Assembly: GCF_032118995.1 (NCBI RefSeq)
Contig: NC_092652.1
Location: 15,638,336 to 15,688,335 of the forward strand
Length of the DNA: 50,000 nucleotides
Reading direction: 5' to 3'
Source of the DNA: Asterias amurensis
Taxonomy: Eukaryota
Position numbers and translations under genes: made by a program. Within the stretch, counting starts at the first letter, position 1, and the number at the start of each line of letters is the position of its first letter. Below, in pieces: positions 13,178 to 25,459 of this stretch. The notes under the pieces are model-generated. The model did no database searches and was not told the DNA's origin. It saw nothing but the letters and a program-made list of their open reading frames with translations.

Positions 13178-14205
13178 TTTCGTCCCGTCTCGTCACATAA
13201 CTCTTATTGGTTGGCATGGCAAGACCTTTACGCTAGACCTTAAAAAAAAAATCATGAGTTGACAATTAAATTTGTTTAACACTCCAAGAAAATATACAAC
13301 CGATTGTTCCTTATTTTCTAACTCGTGGCGCATCAGGGCAGGTTGACTAATAATATACGAGTGCAATACCATTTTGTGTTGACTTGTGACAACAAGAAAA
13401 AAGTAGGCCCATGCGAACTGGTTCATAGTACGATATTAATTGCACCCTAGTTTACCACCTTATCTCAAATTACTATACGCCTAACTAATGATCATCAGGG
13501 TTGTAAACGTATTTTATTTATCTTTATGGGCGTTTGGTTAATAGTCATCGTAAACAGGATGGGGAAAATGGGGGAAACACCCTTGCCAAAACTTTTGGAC
13601 CATTGAAGCCAAAATGGACGATGGACCATACCTCTGAGATAAGTGACACAATCAACCTTCTTCAAGACGTGAGAGCTAATGAAATATTATTCGTATTTGG
13701 CCCGCTTCCTTTTTTAGAGGCCGCCTACTTTTTTAAAGATTTGTTTAAATGTTTTTTGTAATGGAAAAATTGATAAATTTTAACGGTCTCTTAAAAAAAA
13801 TACTTCTTAAAAAAAAAAACACTTTTTTTTTATAAATATGTTTTGGTTTTGTTCAATGTCTTGTTCAGCATGTTTCATTTTTTATTGTAAGTTTGCCGAA
13901 ATTTTGAATTTTTAAAAAGAATGGTAGTCATCTTGAAACAAAAAATAAAAATAAAAAGCACCTCCTCTACCTTGTTTTTAGAAACCCAGGCGCTAACCAT
14001 GTTTCTTTTTTATACGGCCTTTTGTTTCAAGATATCGCGAGGCTTCTAACTTCATAGTTTGTGCATTATATCATTCAAGCGTTGTTGTTTTGTGATTCAG
14101 TGCTTCCTTTTGCACTTCACTGGATGGATGCAGCGTTGCCACTCGTATGAATACTGTGTAAAAATGTTGCCCAACATTGTGATAAGTGGGTTGTTGGCTT
14201 CCAAC

Positions 14206-14549
14206 TTAAAGCCATTATTATACACTTTCGGTAAACAGTGATGTCCAAGTCCCACACTTCGTGTATCACAACTTATATATAAAATAACAAAAGTCGGGGG
14301 AAAATAACGGGAAAACCCACTCTTGTTTCCGCAAGTTTCGCCGTGTCATGACATGTGTTTAACATAAGTCCGTAATTCTCGCTATCGAGAATTAATATTG
14401 TTTTAATGTTTACTCAAAAAGTAAAGCATATCATGGAATAATATTTTTAAAGAGAAGTATTTCACCATTACCTTCTGTTAACCCTGTAAGTTATTTGTAA
14501 ATGTGTGAACTTTTTCTTTTCTGTACCGAAAGTGTATAATGGCTTTAAA
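14206..14549. mobile_element. MITE family B copy (related to family A).
   Basis: TIRs 'AAAGCCATTATTATACACTTTCGGTAAACAGTG' and 'CCGAAAGTGTATAATGGCTTTAAAG'. Core 'cgagaattaa...gggaaaacccac...ttgtgatacacgaagtgtggg' shared with 18383-18757 and 27271-27624. Confidence 0.8.
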
Positions 14550-14962
14550 GATAGTTTGGATGATATAGGCTCTTAAATAAATGGTGATATTTGGACTTTT
14601 GGACAAAGGACCGGAGATTATTTTTCAAAATATTGATGATCGCACATTAATTGAAACAACAACTGGGGGGGGGGGGTTAATAACTCGAAGGGAACTGGTA
14701 CTCCGCGTATTAAGTTGAGTAGAAGGTTAAAGTTTAGGAGTAAATGAGTAATCTTCTTTTTAGTATAGAAAGCTGTGAGACTTCTAACTTTTGAATAGTT
14801 AGGAATTATTTTGCACATGTCTATGGGAGTTTACGTGTGATGACACACCCACCCGTAGTGAAAACAATTCTTGCCAAGAGAGGGCGCCATTTACACGCAT
14901 TGACATTTTGTTGTTGACATACAGGTTTGTTGTTTCTCCTCCTCCATAATCTAACATTACAC

Positions 14963-15082
14963 AGATTTAGCAATGGACTTCACGGATGAAGAATTTGAAG
15001 AAGCTTGCTCTGAGCTGGACAATCCAAGAATTTCGGACTATGAGTTCTTTGTTGAGTCTTTAGGTGTACAGATCTACCGCAA
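14963..15082 (+). CDS. PCTP: PCTP-like (StAR-related lipid transfer, STARD2) coding exon 1. Translation: MDFTDEEFEEACSELDNPRISDYEFFVESLGVQIYRKYQE, followed by donor GTAAAT.
   Basis: ATG in Kozak-like context (agcaATGG). The peptide aligns to the vertebrate PCTP N-terminus (EEQFWEACAEL...ETSGISIYRL). Canonical GT donor at 15083, phase 0. Confidence 0.85.
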
Positions 15083-15943
15083 ATATCAAGAGGTAAATTC
15101 ACTAACGTATTAAAACTCAAACAACCGGAAGCGTTTCTTCATGTTATCATATCATGGAAACCATTTGCCGTATCAAATCCATGAAATGTGCTAAACCTTC
15201 TGTGTAAACCACCTCATGACGACCTAGTGGTGTGAGTGTCATGGTGTCATTAACATTATTGTTAAACCTTAGTTTTAGTGAAATTAAACAACATGTAGGA
15301 ACTTAAACTGTGGTGATAAATTTTGTCTTTACAAATAATGTATTTAAGTTAAAAATAAGTCGTGGATAAGTCGTTAATATTGGGCGCGAGAATACCGGGG
15401 AATCGCAGGGAACGCTTACTGCGACAGACATTTAAAGACTTGTCCACAAGTCTATGCATGATCAACTCATATTGTCATGTTGTTAGTGACTGATTTATTA
15501 TCTAGCCGGCTGAAGTTGATTGTCCATATTATATTGTGATAGATCTATACGTTGTAAGTTCAAGGTCAAGTCAAATGTTAATCGATAGGATTTGTAGGCC
15601 TATTTATCATTATTGTCCTAAAAAGACAGACTGCAGTATATTGTGAACACTTGGTTGGGGCATGGAGGAAGGTTGGGGGTAGGCCTTGTCTTGATTTGTG
15701 TCGTTGATTTTGTTAGCGTAGTCGCTGATGTCGCAACTTGAATACTGTCCATACACATGGATGGAGAAGAGATCTGTATCACACAAGAATCTGGATCAAA
15801 CTAGATGTGTGGACTTTCCCCAATCCTTCCGAGTAATAGGTTGATGTAGCGCCCTCTAACTATTAGCACAAGAACAGGCCACTTATCAAGACATACTTTG
15901 GGAGTGGGGACAGGGGAGGAGGAGTTGTAAAGTTTAAAGGCAG

Positions 15944-16320
15944 TGGACAATATTGGTACTTGTCAAAGACTAGCCTTCACAGTTGGTGTATCTCAACATA
16001 TGCATAAAATAACAAACCTGTGAAAATTTGAGGTTAATCGGTCATCGAACTCGCGAGATAAAAATGAAAGAAGAACCACCCTTGTCACACGAAGTTGTGT
16101 GCTGTCAACTGCTTGATTTCGAGACCTCAAATTCTAAACTTGAGGTCTCGAAATCAAATTCGTGGAAAATTGCTTCTTTCTCAAAAACTACTTTACTTTT
16201 AGAGGGAGCCGTTTCTCACAATGTTTTATACCATCAACCTCTCCCGATTACTCATAATCAATAAAGGTTTTATGCTGATAATTATTTTGAGTAATTACCA
16301 ATAGTGTCCACTGCCTTTAA
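15944..16320. mobile_element. MITE family A full-length copy in PCTP intron 1.
   Basis: TIRs 'AAAGGCAGTGGACAATATTGGTACTTGTCAAAGAC' and 'TTTGAGTAATTACCAATAGTGTCCACTGCCTTTAA'. Palindrome 'gatttcgagacctcaaattctaaacttgaggtctcgaaatcaaattcgtgg'. Confidence 0.85.
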
Positions 16321-16519
16321 CTCTTATTAGGCTGGACAGGTAGCGCTTCCATGGCTCAACTCAAATACTCAATCAACCCGTTATGGTTAATAAGTGCCAT
16401 GTTGAATCTGCCATGTGCTGTGGTGCGTTGTTTATTTCAAACTCTAGTTCTGCAACTTGATGCACTTGATACACAGCGTGGGAAGCATGCGTGATGTTAC
16501 GAATCATGTAAGTCTGTTC

Positions 16520-17130
16520 AAATTACAGTGCACTCATACATTGTACCCGTAGAGCAACATAGCAGATTCAACACCAGGCCTTTTTGCTTTTGAAGTGGCA
16601 CAATAATTTTCCTCTGGTAAGGGACACTCTTCACGTATGGTGAAAATGTAAACTTGTCCTGGAACTTTTCAGAGGCACCAAGGCAAGGGCATGGAGGCAA
16701 TCGCCTTTGTTGCCTTCTGTGAAGTGTCAGGCTTGTCCATGGCTGCATGATACAACTGTGGAAGGTTCTGATGGAGACTTCCGTACAGGCTATCACTAAT
16801 ATTACCACAGCAATCAAAGGGCACCACGGCAATTGCTGTTCGAGACCTGCAACATCCATGCAGGCCTGTACAGTATGCTTCCGTTTTGAAAGGGCAATGG
16901 CACCTTGGCATTTTCTTCTTGGTATAGGGCACCCTATGAGGAAATTGTAAAAATTCACCTGTAACGTTTCAAGGGCACCAAGGCAATGACCAGGGGGCAT
17001 GGAGGCAATTGCCTTTGTTAGCTTTGTGAAGTACGTGCATCATGGCTGCATGGTACAAAAGGTTCTATGGAGACGTAAGCATTCACTGATATTACTATTG
17101 TCATTGTGGAGAGTCCTGAATTACAATTGT
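16520..17130. repeat. Interspersed repeat of about 340 bp, tandemly duplicated about 1.4 times (motif 'gggcaccaaggcaatg...ggcatggaggcaat.gcctt'), in PCTP intron 1.
   Basis: 16650-16990 and 16990-17130 align. An inverted partial copy lies at 40985-41160. It hosts the window's longest ORF (160 aa, minus strand), which has no protein-like composition. Confidence 0.7.
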
Positions 17131-17650
17131 GTGTGTTTGGTGTGGTCTTTTCGTCATTGCACGCAATATTGTAAACAGTCCCTTTAGACCAAGTTACATT
17201 TTCTACTTGCTATACATCGAGTGTCTTCATTGACCAAAATACTTAGCAAACCTACTTCAAACTATGTAATGAGTAGAAGTAGTAGATGTAACCATTACAA
17301 GTTTTGACGTCATCAAGCGTCAAATTACATTAACTAAAGTTTCATATATTTATAAATATCATGTAACTCCTCCAACATTTTCAACAAAGAATTTCTATGG
17401 CTTAGAAAATTTAACAAAAGTTACATTGACCTCATTTGGTGTGGGATGCAGAAGAACTATATTTGTCCATAATAATTCCTGTCATGCTGGGGTGATAACT
17501 ATGATTGGCATTAGTATATAAATATGCTACATGCAATAATTACTGTGTCATGAACAATACTTTTCTAACTTACTAAATCTAACCAAAATTGTTTTTTTTT
17601 TTTAAAGATACATTTTATTAACAGTAAATTATTTTTTCATTGGTTTTGAG

Positions 17651-17768
17651 GACTCAGGATTGTATGAATACAAGGTATTTGGGACATTAAGTGGTGTTGG
17701 ACCAGAGACTTGCGCCAAGGTGTATGTTGATCTGGAGTACCGGAAAACATGGGACAGTTATGTCAACA
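17651..17768 (+). CDS. PCTP: PCTP-like coding exon 2. Translation: DSGLYEYKVFGTLSGVGPETCAKVYVDLEYRKTWDSYVN, then 1 nt.
   Basis: Acceptor tggttttgAG|GAC and donor A|GTAAGT. Matches PCTP 'TGLYEYKVFGVL...DSDYRKQWDQYVK'. Phase 0 to phase 1 is consistent with exon 1 and exon 3. Confidence 0.85.
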
Positions 17769-17894
17769 GTAAGTATGATTCCCCATCTTTATCCCCCTAG
17801 CAGACTGCTGAACATTTTCAACTTATTTTTCAAGAGATTGTCGAAAGTTGTCATTATATTTCAAGGTATAAAGTTATATAAACCACAAGTAAAA

Positions 17895-18030
17895 TTGACT
17901 ATCGCCCCCGAACAAAGACATTGACAAAATGGGGAGACCAGCAAAAGGCTCTAACACGAACATTTAATAGGACTTAATAGCTCAGTTGTTAAAGAGTCGG
18001 CACAAGTCCCGCTCTAGTAAATTTTTCTTT
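17895..18030 (+). mobile_element. tRNA-like SINE-type unit, copy 1.
   Basis: 'cccccgaacaaagacattgacaaaatggggagacc...aatagctcagttgttaaagagtcggcacaagtcccgctctagtaa' parallels 18168-18310. Confidence 0.55.
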
Positions 18031-18167
18031 GTCCAACCAAAAATTAACTTAAGAATTTACCAAGTTGGTGTCCCTTGTGTTTTTTTTAACTTAATATTTG
18101 AAATTAACTTGGGAGTGTGATCTGTGGCTTTACAGCAGTTACAGGTTGTATTGCATCTGAGTGGCAC

Positions 18168-18310
18168 CCCTGAACAAAGAATTTGTCAAAAAAGGGACAC
18201 CGCCAACATAAGCACCGAATAGCTCAGTAAGTAAAGCGCGGGCACAATAATCCGGAGGTCGCAGGTTCTAGTCCCACTCCATTCACTTTGTATTTTTCTA
18301 GCCCCCAAAA
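18168..18310 (+). mobile_element. tRNA-like SINE-type unit, copy 2.
   Basis: 'cccctgaacaaagaatttgtcaaaaaagggacaccgccaacataagcaccgaatagctcagtaagtaaagcgcgggcacaataatccggaggtcgcaggttctagtcccactcc' has a D-loop-like 'TAGCTCAGT' and a T-arm-like 'GGTTCTAGTCC'. Confidence 0.6.
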
Positions 18311-18382
18311 CATCCTACAGAGGGTAGTTTTAAAAAGACCCCAACCTGGCCTCACATGAAGGCCCTCAACTCAATGGCAAAA

Positions 18383-18757
18383 AAACCCATTATACACTTT
18401 CTGAACAGAAAAAAATATATAAAAGTTCTCAGATTTACAAATAACTTACAGGGTTTACAGAAGGTAATGGTGAAAGACTTCTCTTGAAATATTATTCAAT
18501 GAAATGCTTTACTTTTTGAGAAAACACTAAAACAATTAATTCTCGTTAATGAGAATTAAGGATTTATTGTAAACACATGTCATGACACTGCGAAACGTGC
18601 GGAAACAAGGGTGGGTTCTCCCGTTATTTTCTCCCTGACTCCGATGATCGATTGAGCCTAAATTTTCACAGGTTTGTTATTTTATATATAAGTTGTGATA
18701 CACGAAGAGTGGGCCTTTGGACAACACTGTTTACCAAAAGTGTCCAATGGCTTTAAA
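18383..18757. mobile_element. MITE family B copy in PCTP intron 2.
   Basis: 'AAAACCCATTATACACTTTCTGAACAG...aattttcacaggtttgttattttatatataagttgtgatacacgaagagtgggcctttggacaacactgtttaccaaaagtgtccaatggctttaaa'. Confidence 0.8.
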
Positions 18758-18783
18758 CAAATTAGGCACAATAGGGTTACTTC

Positions 18784-19012
18784 ATTTTGTCTATAGGGGC
18801 TCTCTTAGACTTGTGGACAAGTCGTTAAATCGGCCCCACACGCTGAAAAAGTGCTCTCGCGAGATCACTGCTCTCACGCGAACTGATGGCTCCCCGATTT
18901 GAGTCGAAATCGGGGAGCCATCAGTTTGCGCGAGAGCAGTGATCTCGCGAGAGCACTATCTCAGCGCGTGGGGCCGATTTAACGACTTGTCCACAAGTTT
19001 AGGGCTCTCTCG
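18784..19012. repeat. Near-perfect long inverted repeat (hairpin or cruciform-forming), arms of about 110 bp, centred near 18900.
   Basis: Left arm 'ggggctctcttagacttgtggacaagtcgttaaatcggccccacacgctgaaaaagtgctctcgcgagatcactgctctcacgcgaactgatggctccccgatttgagtc'. Right arm 'gaaatcggggagccatcagtttgcgcgagagcagtgatctcgcgagagcactatctcagcgcgtggggccgatttaacgacttgtccacaagtttagggctctctc' is its reverse complement with about 5 mismatches. The terminal motif 'agacttgtccacaagtct' also occurs at 15432-15455. Confidence 0.85.
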
Positions 19013-20989
19013 GCTAATTTTTCTTAACCTCATTCCTACAATCTATGCATTTCAGCGCTCTTGTTATGCCATTTCTTAATTCTTGAAAGCAAGTTTGATG
19101 TGGAGGTAACATCAAATTACATTAGTGTGTATGAAGGACAAGAAGTTATACCAGTGATCGTCCAGGTTTTTCCAAAAGGGATGAGGGTCTTTTTATTTTG
19201 TATTTCTTAAGGTGGTCACCAAGCATTTTATTTCAAATTGGGATTCTTCAGTTTAAAGTCACCACCTACCTTTAATGTAGTTTACAAGTTCTTCAAAGAT
19301 TAGTTAGTTAAATGAGAAATACACCAAAAATTTGTTTAAAAAAAAAAGAAAAAAAGGGGGCGACGGCCTCAAACAAAGGATGATGGAGGGAGTGGGGACG
19401 AACAACTGGATTTTTGTTTTGCGTAGTATAGAAAATAGTTTTCAACAATTAAACGCAGAGTTTAATTGGTATTGTCAAAAAGCTTATAAAATGTACCTTT
19501 TTACTTTTGGTCGTCCTCTAATTTTTTAATCTCAAATAACATTGTCAGCGTGTAAATAGAAAAACAGTTTTAATACCACATGAAAGCTTATCATAGGTAG
19601 TGTTGAATCTCAAAGGTCTGGGTCCAAATTGGGGATCAGGGCTGGGGGGGGGGGGTGACTGGCACAAGCCCCCCCTTTTAATTATTGTATTGTCAGTGTT
19701 TTTTTCCCCTTTGTAAACATTGTAAACTGTAGTCTTACTCAGCAGTTTTTAATTACCATTTATGTCATTTAAGAATCATACTAATAACAATTGTAGTAAT
19801 ACCAGTAGTATTGTAGTTGTACAGCACTGTTTAACCCATAGATCTACATGTACATGTACACGTGGACTGAGCATGTACTGTGAGCTGCATTTGTGTGCAC
19901 TCCCATGTTTGTGTACACACCTTTGAAAAAGCCTCAAATATTATGTGCTTGTGACGCGCATGCACATACATGTATGCACAACAATCTTATGATTTGGCTG
20001 AGGTTTTGCAATTTGTTTCTTTCCAACATTCAAAGCGTATTTTTATTGTTTAAATTAAGACAAAAGATGCACTTCACAGAAATAGTGCATATCACAAAAA
20101 CTGATTTCACAGAAATAGTGTATAGCAGAGCAAAGACAGGTCCTGCTGGATGGTTTCTTACAAGTTTTAAATGATTATATCTCAACTGTTAAGATCTGGG
20201 GTTACACAAATACCTATTGCCCCAAACTTAAATAGACTTTTAACTACACCTAATGCCTAATATACATATTTATACAATGACATAATGATCAATAATACAG
20301 ATAAAATACTTAAATGATCAAATGATTTTCAACAAAATGCCAAACTGCCCTGCCTTTGTTATGAGCTTTTGTTACAATAAACAAAAACAAAAGTCTTTCA
20401 ACAAAGTTCAGAATTTGATATTAAGAGGATATGAAGACAACTAAAAAGCGACATGGGTTACTTTTAAACTTAAATCACAACCTCGCCTTTCTGTGTGGCC
20501 TTTCTTTAGCTTTATAACTCGTGTGAGATAATTGGCTTTACCTTTATCCGTCCAAAGAATTCAATAATCGGATTAAAGCTCTCCAGCTAATGATAAGAGT
20601 TTAGCAATATCACCCGATGAAAAAAAGATTAGAACTGAACAGAAAAGACTGAACATTAGTAATTTCTTCTTTGTTCAACCCAACATCATATACATGTAAC
20701 CCAGTCAGTTTCCCTTAGTTTATCACTTGGAAACATTTGAATTTGCAGTTACTGAACACAAAACCGGTTCATTTTACACTACATTGTATCCTTGAAACAA
20801 GAAAAAATAGTCTTTCAAGAAAAAAAATACGTGCGTTGTTTTCTAATACTTTTTGGAGGTGACACAGGAATGCAATTTTTCTTATTTTAGGCGTACCTCC
20901 TTAAAGCGTTGTACAGCTTCCTTTTACCATAGAGCAGGGTCTGTTTTTATAAGGAGCAAACCAAGTCTTCGAGACCCATAAATGACTAA

Positions 20990-22038
20990 GTTCCTAGGGA
21001 CTAGTACCAAATCAATTTACCAAATCAAATCAAATCACGGTGACTTAGGAACAAATCAGTTTACCTGGACTTTATGATTTAATCAATTCACTGGAACATG
21101 GGAGAATCAGTTCACAATGACCTTGATAGGAACAAATCATTTTACTAAGGAACAAATCAATATGAACAAATAAATTTTAGTTTTACCTAGGAACATTTCA
21201 ATCCACTAGGACCTAGGAAAAATTCAATTCACTAAGACATACTGTATAGGAACAAATCAATTCACTAGGAACAAATGAATTCACTAGGACCTAGGAATAA
21301 TTCAATTCACTAGACATTGGAAAAAATTAAATCCACATTCCACTAGTACCTAGGAACAATTCAATTAACTAGGACATATAGGAACAAATCAATTCACTAG
21401 GAACAAATCAATTCACTAGGACCTAGGAATAATTCAATTCACTAGAACCTAGGAACAATTCAATCCACTAGGACCTAGGAACAATTCAATTCACTGAGAC
21501 CTAAGAACAAATCGATTCACCGAGAACTAGAAACAATTCAATTCACTGAGACCTAGGAGCAATTCAATTCACTAGGAACAATTAAATCCACTAGGACCTT
21601 GGAACAATTCAATTCACTGGGACCTAAGAACAAATCGATTCACCGAGAACTAGAAACAATTCAATTCACTGAGACCTAGGAGCAATTCAATTCACTAGGA
21701 ACAATTAAATCCACTAGGACCTAGGAACAATTCAATTCACTGGGACCTAAGAACAAATCGATTCACCGAGAACTAGAAACAATTCAATTCACTGAGACCT
21801 AGGAGCAATTAAATTCACTAGGAACAATTAAATTCACAAGGACCTAGGAACAACTCAATTCACTGAGACCTAGGAACAAATCAACCCACTAAGACCTATG
21901 CACAAATCAATTCACTGAGACCTAGAAACAATTCAATTCACTAGGACCTAGGAAACATGCAATTCACTAGGAACAAATCAATTCACTAGGACCTAGGAAC
22001 AAATCAATTTACTAAGACCTAGGAACAAATCAATTACA
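20990..22038. repeat. Minisatellite or satellite array (base unit about 20-24 bp, 'AGGAACAAATCAATTCACTAGGACCT'-like) with a 118-bp higher-order repeat, in PCTP intron 2.
   Basis: The basic motif '(g/t)aggaacaa(a/t)tcaattcact' is iterated about 45 times. The segments 21478-21595, 21596-21713 and 21714-21831 are near-identical 118-bp higher-order units ('ggaacaattcaattcactgagacctaagaacaaatcgattcaccgagaactagaaacaattcaattcactgagacctaggagcaattcaattcactaggaacaattaaatccactaggacct'). Confidence 0.9.
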
Positions 22039-23600
22039 AACGCTTTTTGTAGACCGACTCGTCCGATCCAAGGCAACGTGTTCCTTTAACCGTAAAAATT
22101 GTAAATAAAGGGTATTTTGACCCTGCCAGGTCAACCCAAAACGCAAGTTTATGCGTTGTGCCACAAACCACATTCACAAAAACATGATGAATGATTCTTC
22201 TTTCTCAATGAATAAAAGAAATGTGACCCCCATCCCACCCAACCAATAATGTAGTACAGGGAAGCCACATGTCCTGTTGTATGAAGCGAGTGTTTATTAT
22301 TGTTTATATAAAAGTGTTCTCAGATCCGCCTATAACCTTACAATTTTCAGGAACTTGGTTACCATAGACATCCACTTTAGGTCTAACCTTCGGTATGTTG
22401 TTTGGGCTACACTTTCATAATGAAGTACGAGAAAAACCACTAACTTTAAGTTGTTCAAACCATTTAATTCATGTTTTGGCCATGGTTAAAAAATGCTGGA
22501 AAATGGAGTAGAACAATTTTGAATTAAGTGCTCACTTTTTAGCCGCCCAAATGAGGACTTCTGAAGGCTTATTTACTTGCTTTTAGTTTAGCAATCTTTT
22601 AAGAATTTACGGCATACTGTTGGAAAATGATGGACATTTTGAAGCTTATTTATCTAAATGAACAACTATAAATTGTGGAATCACTTTGAAAAATATTTCA
22701 CTTACCAGAGATTTTCGTAATTGTCATTAGGCCAACTCTTTTCCAGCCCGCCTTTGCTAAGTTGCAACTGATGCGACGCACTGTGCAGGCCTACTGCTTG
22801 GTGTGTGGAGCGTCAAACACTGTTTTTTCCTGCCTACTGGATTACGCAACATTAATCCGACGCTCTTCTCCATCTGCCTTTACTGACATGACGCTCTTAA
22901 CATATGAGGACTGTGAACATTTCCGATAGAACCAGGCCACAAATTGTGCTTCTGAGTCGTTCTGCTCGGCTGTCTAAAAGCATGAAACAATGAATTCGGA
23001 GTGAAACTTGCTGGAAATCTTTTTTTCATAGGAACACAATAATATGTTTGAGAAAATGAATGATTAATTTAAAGGAGCTAAACAGTATTATTTTTTGGGA
23101 AAACAAGTAATTATTTTTTATAGGAACGAAATTTAGGTCCTCTCATAATTTTTCTTTTATTTTGTATATTTAATTTTTTTTAAATTTATGCTTTATTTAA
23201 TTATAAATTTTTTTTTTTTTTTTTGGGGGGGGGGACATTAGTTCAAATATATATCATTTGTTTTCCTCAAATTAAAAGTGGGTATGGAGCCCTTGATGTG
23301 CCATTTGATTTATCAGGATAAGAAAACTACTACTTCAAGTATTTCTGTTAAGGTCAATGGGTTTAGGTGTATTTCCTGGCAACAAAAGAGCTGTCAATCA
23401 ATCTCCTGAGGTACCCCTTACCAGAAGAAAATTGCTGTGCCCCTTCAAGAGCGAAGTTCAAGGTCTAAAAATGGTTTTGAGGGAACAACATTTATTTCAT
23501 GGTTCTTTTTTGTTAAGTGTTCAAAACCTATTAGTTTAAAGGCTCCGTACCTGGTCTTTACTAATTGAAAACTCAATTGATTTGTTTTTTTCTTTTGCAG

Positions 23601-23680
23601 AGTTGTATAAAGTTAAAGATGGTGACAGAGAGGGCGTTTACTGGAGAGTCAACTACCCATTCCCAATGTCATCAAGAGAT
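23601..23680 (+). CDS. PCTP: PCTP-like coding exon 3. Translation: (K)LYKVKDGDREGVYWRVNYPFPMSSRD.
   Basis: Acceptor tcttttgcAG|AG completes the AAG codon. Matches PCTP 'KELYEQECNGETVVYWEVKYPFPMSNRD'. Donor GAT|GTATCT. The downstream in-frame run VSFLLL... does not match PCTP and is intronic. Confidence 0.8.
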
Positions 23681-24501
23681 GTATCTTTTTTATTATTGAA
23701 GAATCACTCTGAAACATTTTACTTCAAAGTAATGTGGTTATGTAAAAAGATGTCAGCCATTACCAATTTTGGCAATTATACCACAATTTGTTTGTGCTGG
23801 TTGAGCAGTGTGCAGCAGCTAGTTTATTTGTTTCTGATTGACGCGGAATGATGTCATGATAAATATCATTAGTCTTATGTGCCTAAACTAAGGCCTCATT
23901 GTTTTTTATATTCAAAATAATGAGTCTGTAAAGACATGTTTGGTAATTCCTGTAAAAAAATCAGTTTATTCGGATAGCTTTCTAACTATAAAAGCTCCTC
24001 CAGAACCATCCTTCAGACGAATATTTTTGTTATAAATATTTATAATGATTGAGTCATTTAGAGTGATTGCTGTGCTCCAAATCCCTGGCTAAAAATAAAT
24101 GTGTTTCCATTGTTATCACCAAGACGAAACAACCAAATTCGATGTTTTTCACAGGCTGACTGCTGTAATATTGAAAAATAACAATTTCAATATTTTGTAT
24201 AATAAACTGAACTTGAATCATTTTCATCAAATTAAACATGTACCAAATATGTATCTACAAATATATAAATTTTGTTCTATAGGCATTCACACACAGGTAA
24301 TGATAAACAATTGAGAAAGACTCATTTATCATACCTTATCTCCCAGTATTGGAAAATGGAGCAGAATGGGGTTTCGTCCAATAATTTTGGTCAACTTCTG
24401 GTCTTTAGGTCCATCTTTGACATTTTGACAATCTCAATTCGTTATTTTTTAAATTAATTCAACATTTTATTTTGAGGATTTCTTAACACTTTTGCGGACA
24501 G

Positions 24502-24670
24502 TACGCGTTTATACGAGAGTCAAGAGAGTTTGACATTAATGATGAGCATGTATGGGTGATCCTGGGTCGCAGTGTTCCCTTTGCCTCCAAACCGCCTGTG
24601 GCTGGTGTCATCAGGGTGTATGATTTCAAGCAAAGTATGGCAATCAAAGCAAGTGGTGATGGTTCAAAAG
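24502..24670 (+). CDS. PCTP: PCTP-like coding exon 4. Translation: YAFIRESREFDINDEHVWVILGRSVPFASKPPVAGVIRVYDFKQSMAIKASGDGSK, then 1 nt.
   Basis: Acceptor ggacAG|TAC; an in-frame TAA 15 nt upstream fixes the exon start. Aligns to PCTP 'YVYLRQRRDLDMEGRKIHVILARSTSMPQLGERSGVIRVKQYKQSLAIESDGKKGSK'. Donor G|GTAATG. Confidence 0.85.
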
Positions 24671-25391
24671 GTAATGAAATAGGTTAGACCCCTTGCATAT
24701 GACATTAGGCCAAGTAAAAAAAGAAACACGTTAAGCGTCCCCGCCCGCTTCTTTTTTAGAGGCTGCCTCCTTTTTTGTCTTCATTTATATATATTGTGTG
24801 TTTGAACAGTAGGAAAAACAATGGATTAATGAAATTTTTAAAAGAATGGCGGCCATCTTGAAAATAAAAAGTTAAAAGCCACTCCTTCCTTGTTTTTAGA
24901 AACCCGTATGCTAAACATGTTCCCTTCTTTTACTCGGCCTTACATGGTCACAATGCCCTCACTGAGATCAAAGGAAGAACTACAGTGAATGAGAATTGTA
25001 CTTGATAGTTTTCAAGATTGTAATGGCGGCCATCTTGGATTTAGAGGTCAGGATGATCCCCAAACAACTAACAATCTAGTGGATTTGTTATGCCAGAATT
25101 TTGAGTATTGTCAAAGGTATAAAAATGTCTCCCTTTTCCGGTTTCCAAACAGCATCATCTGTAGAAATTATTTCAGAGAAATCATTTCTTAATGATTTAT
25201 TATAAGATTAAGTAACAGTTTTTAAGAAACAGAACAATTAAACGTGTTCTGTTTTTTTTAATTTAACACATGCTTTCTAGTGTAAACTTCACCTGAAGAA
25301 ATGAACATGTGACTGGAATTTCAACATTCGGGGGCGATTGCAAGTTTTTGAAACTCTTTGTAATTAACAATATTGTCTTTGATATCTGTAG

Positions 25392-25459
25392 CGTTCATGC
25401 ATTACTATGACAACCCTAAAGGAATGATACCAACATGGTTGGTCAACTGGGCTGCCAAA
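25392..25459 (+). CDS. PCTP: PCTP-like coding exon 5. Translation: (A)FMHYYDNPKGMIPTWLVNWAAK.
   Basis: Acceptor tatctgtAG|CG and donor AAA|GTAAGT. Aligns to PCTP 'VFMYYFDNPGGQIPSWLINWAAK'. Confidence 0.85.

Noticed and set aside
16518-17000. Longest ORF in the window (160 aa, minus strand), plus overlapping 87-aa and 67-aa ORFs.
   Set aside because: It lies entirely on the tandemly repeated 'gggcaccaaggca' interspersed repeat, which has an inverted partial copy at 40985-41160. The peptide is Cys/Pro/Gln-rich with no recognisable domain, and overlapping ORFs exist on both strands. This is the typical pattern of a repeat and not of a gene.
20990-22038. Repeat array that could superficially be taken for a CRISPR array.
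   Set aside because: The units are contiguous and degenerate (20-24 bp) with no unique spacers. They carry a 118-bp higher-order periodicity, and the context is a eukaryotic intron. This is a satellite or minisatellite.
23582-23851. 89-aa ORF that extends PCTP exon 3 downstream (…RDVSFLLLKNHSETFYFKVMW…).
   Set aside because: Only the first 26 codons align to PCTP. The continuation after the GT at 23681 has no similarity, and the true continuation (YAFIRESREFD…) is found in frame at 24502 after a proper acceptor.
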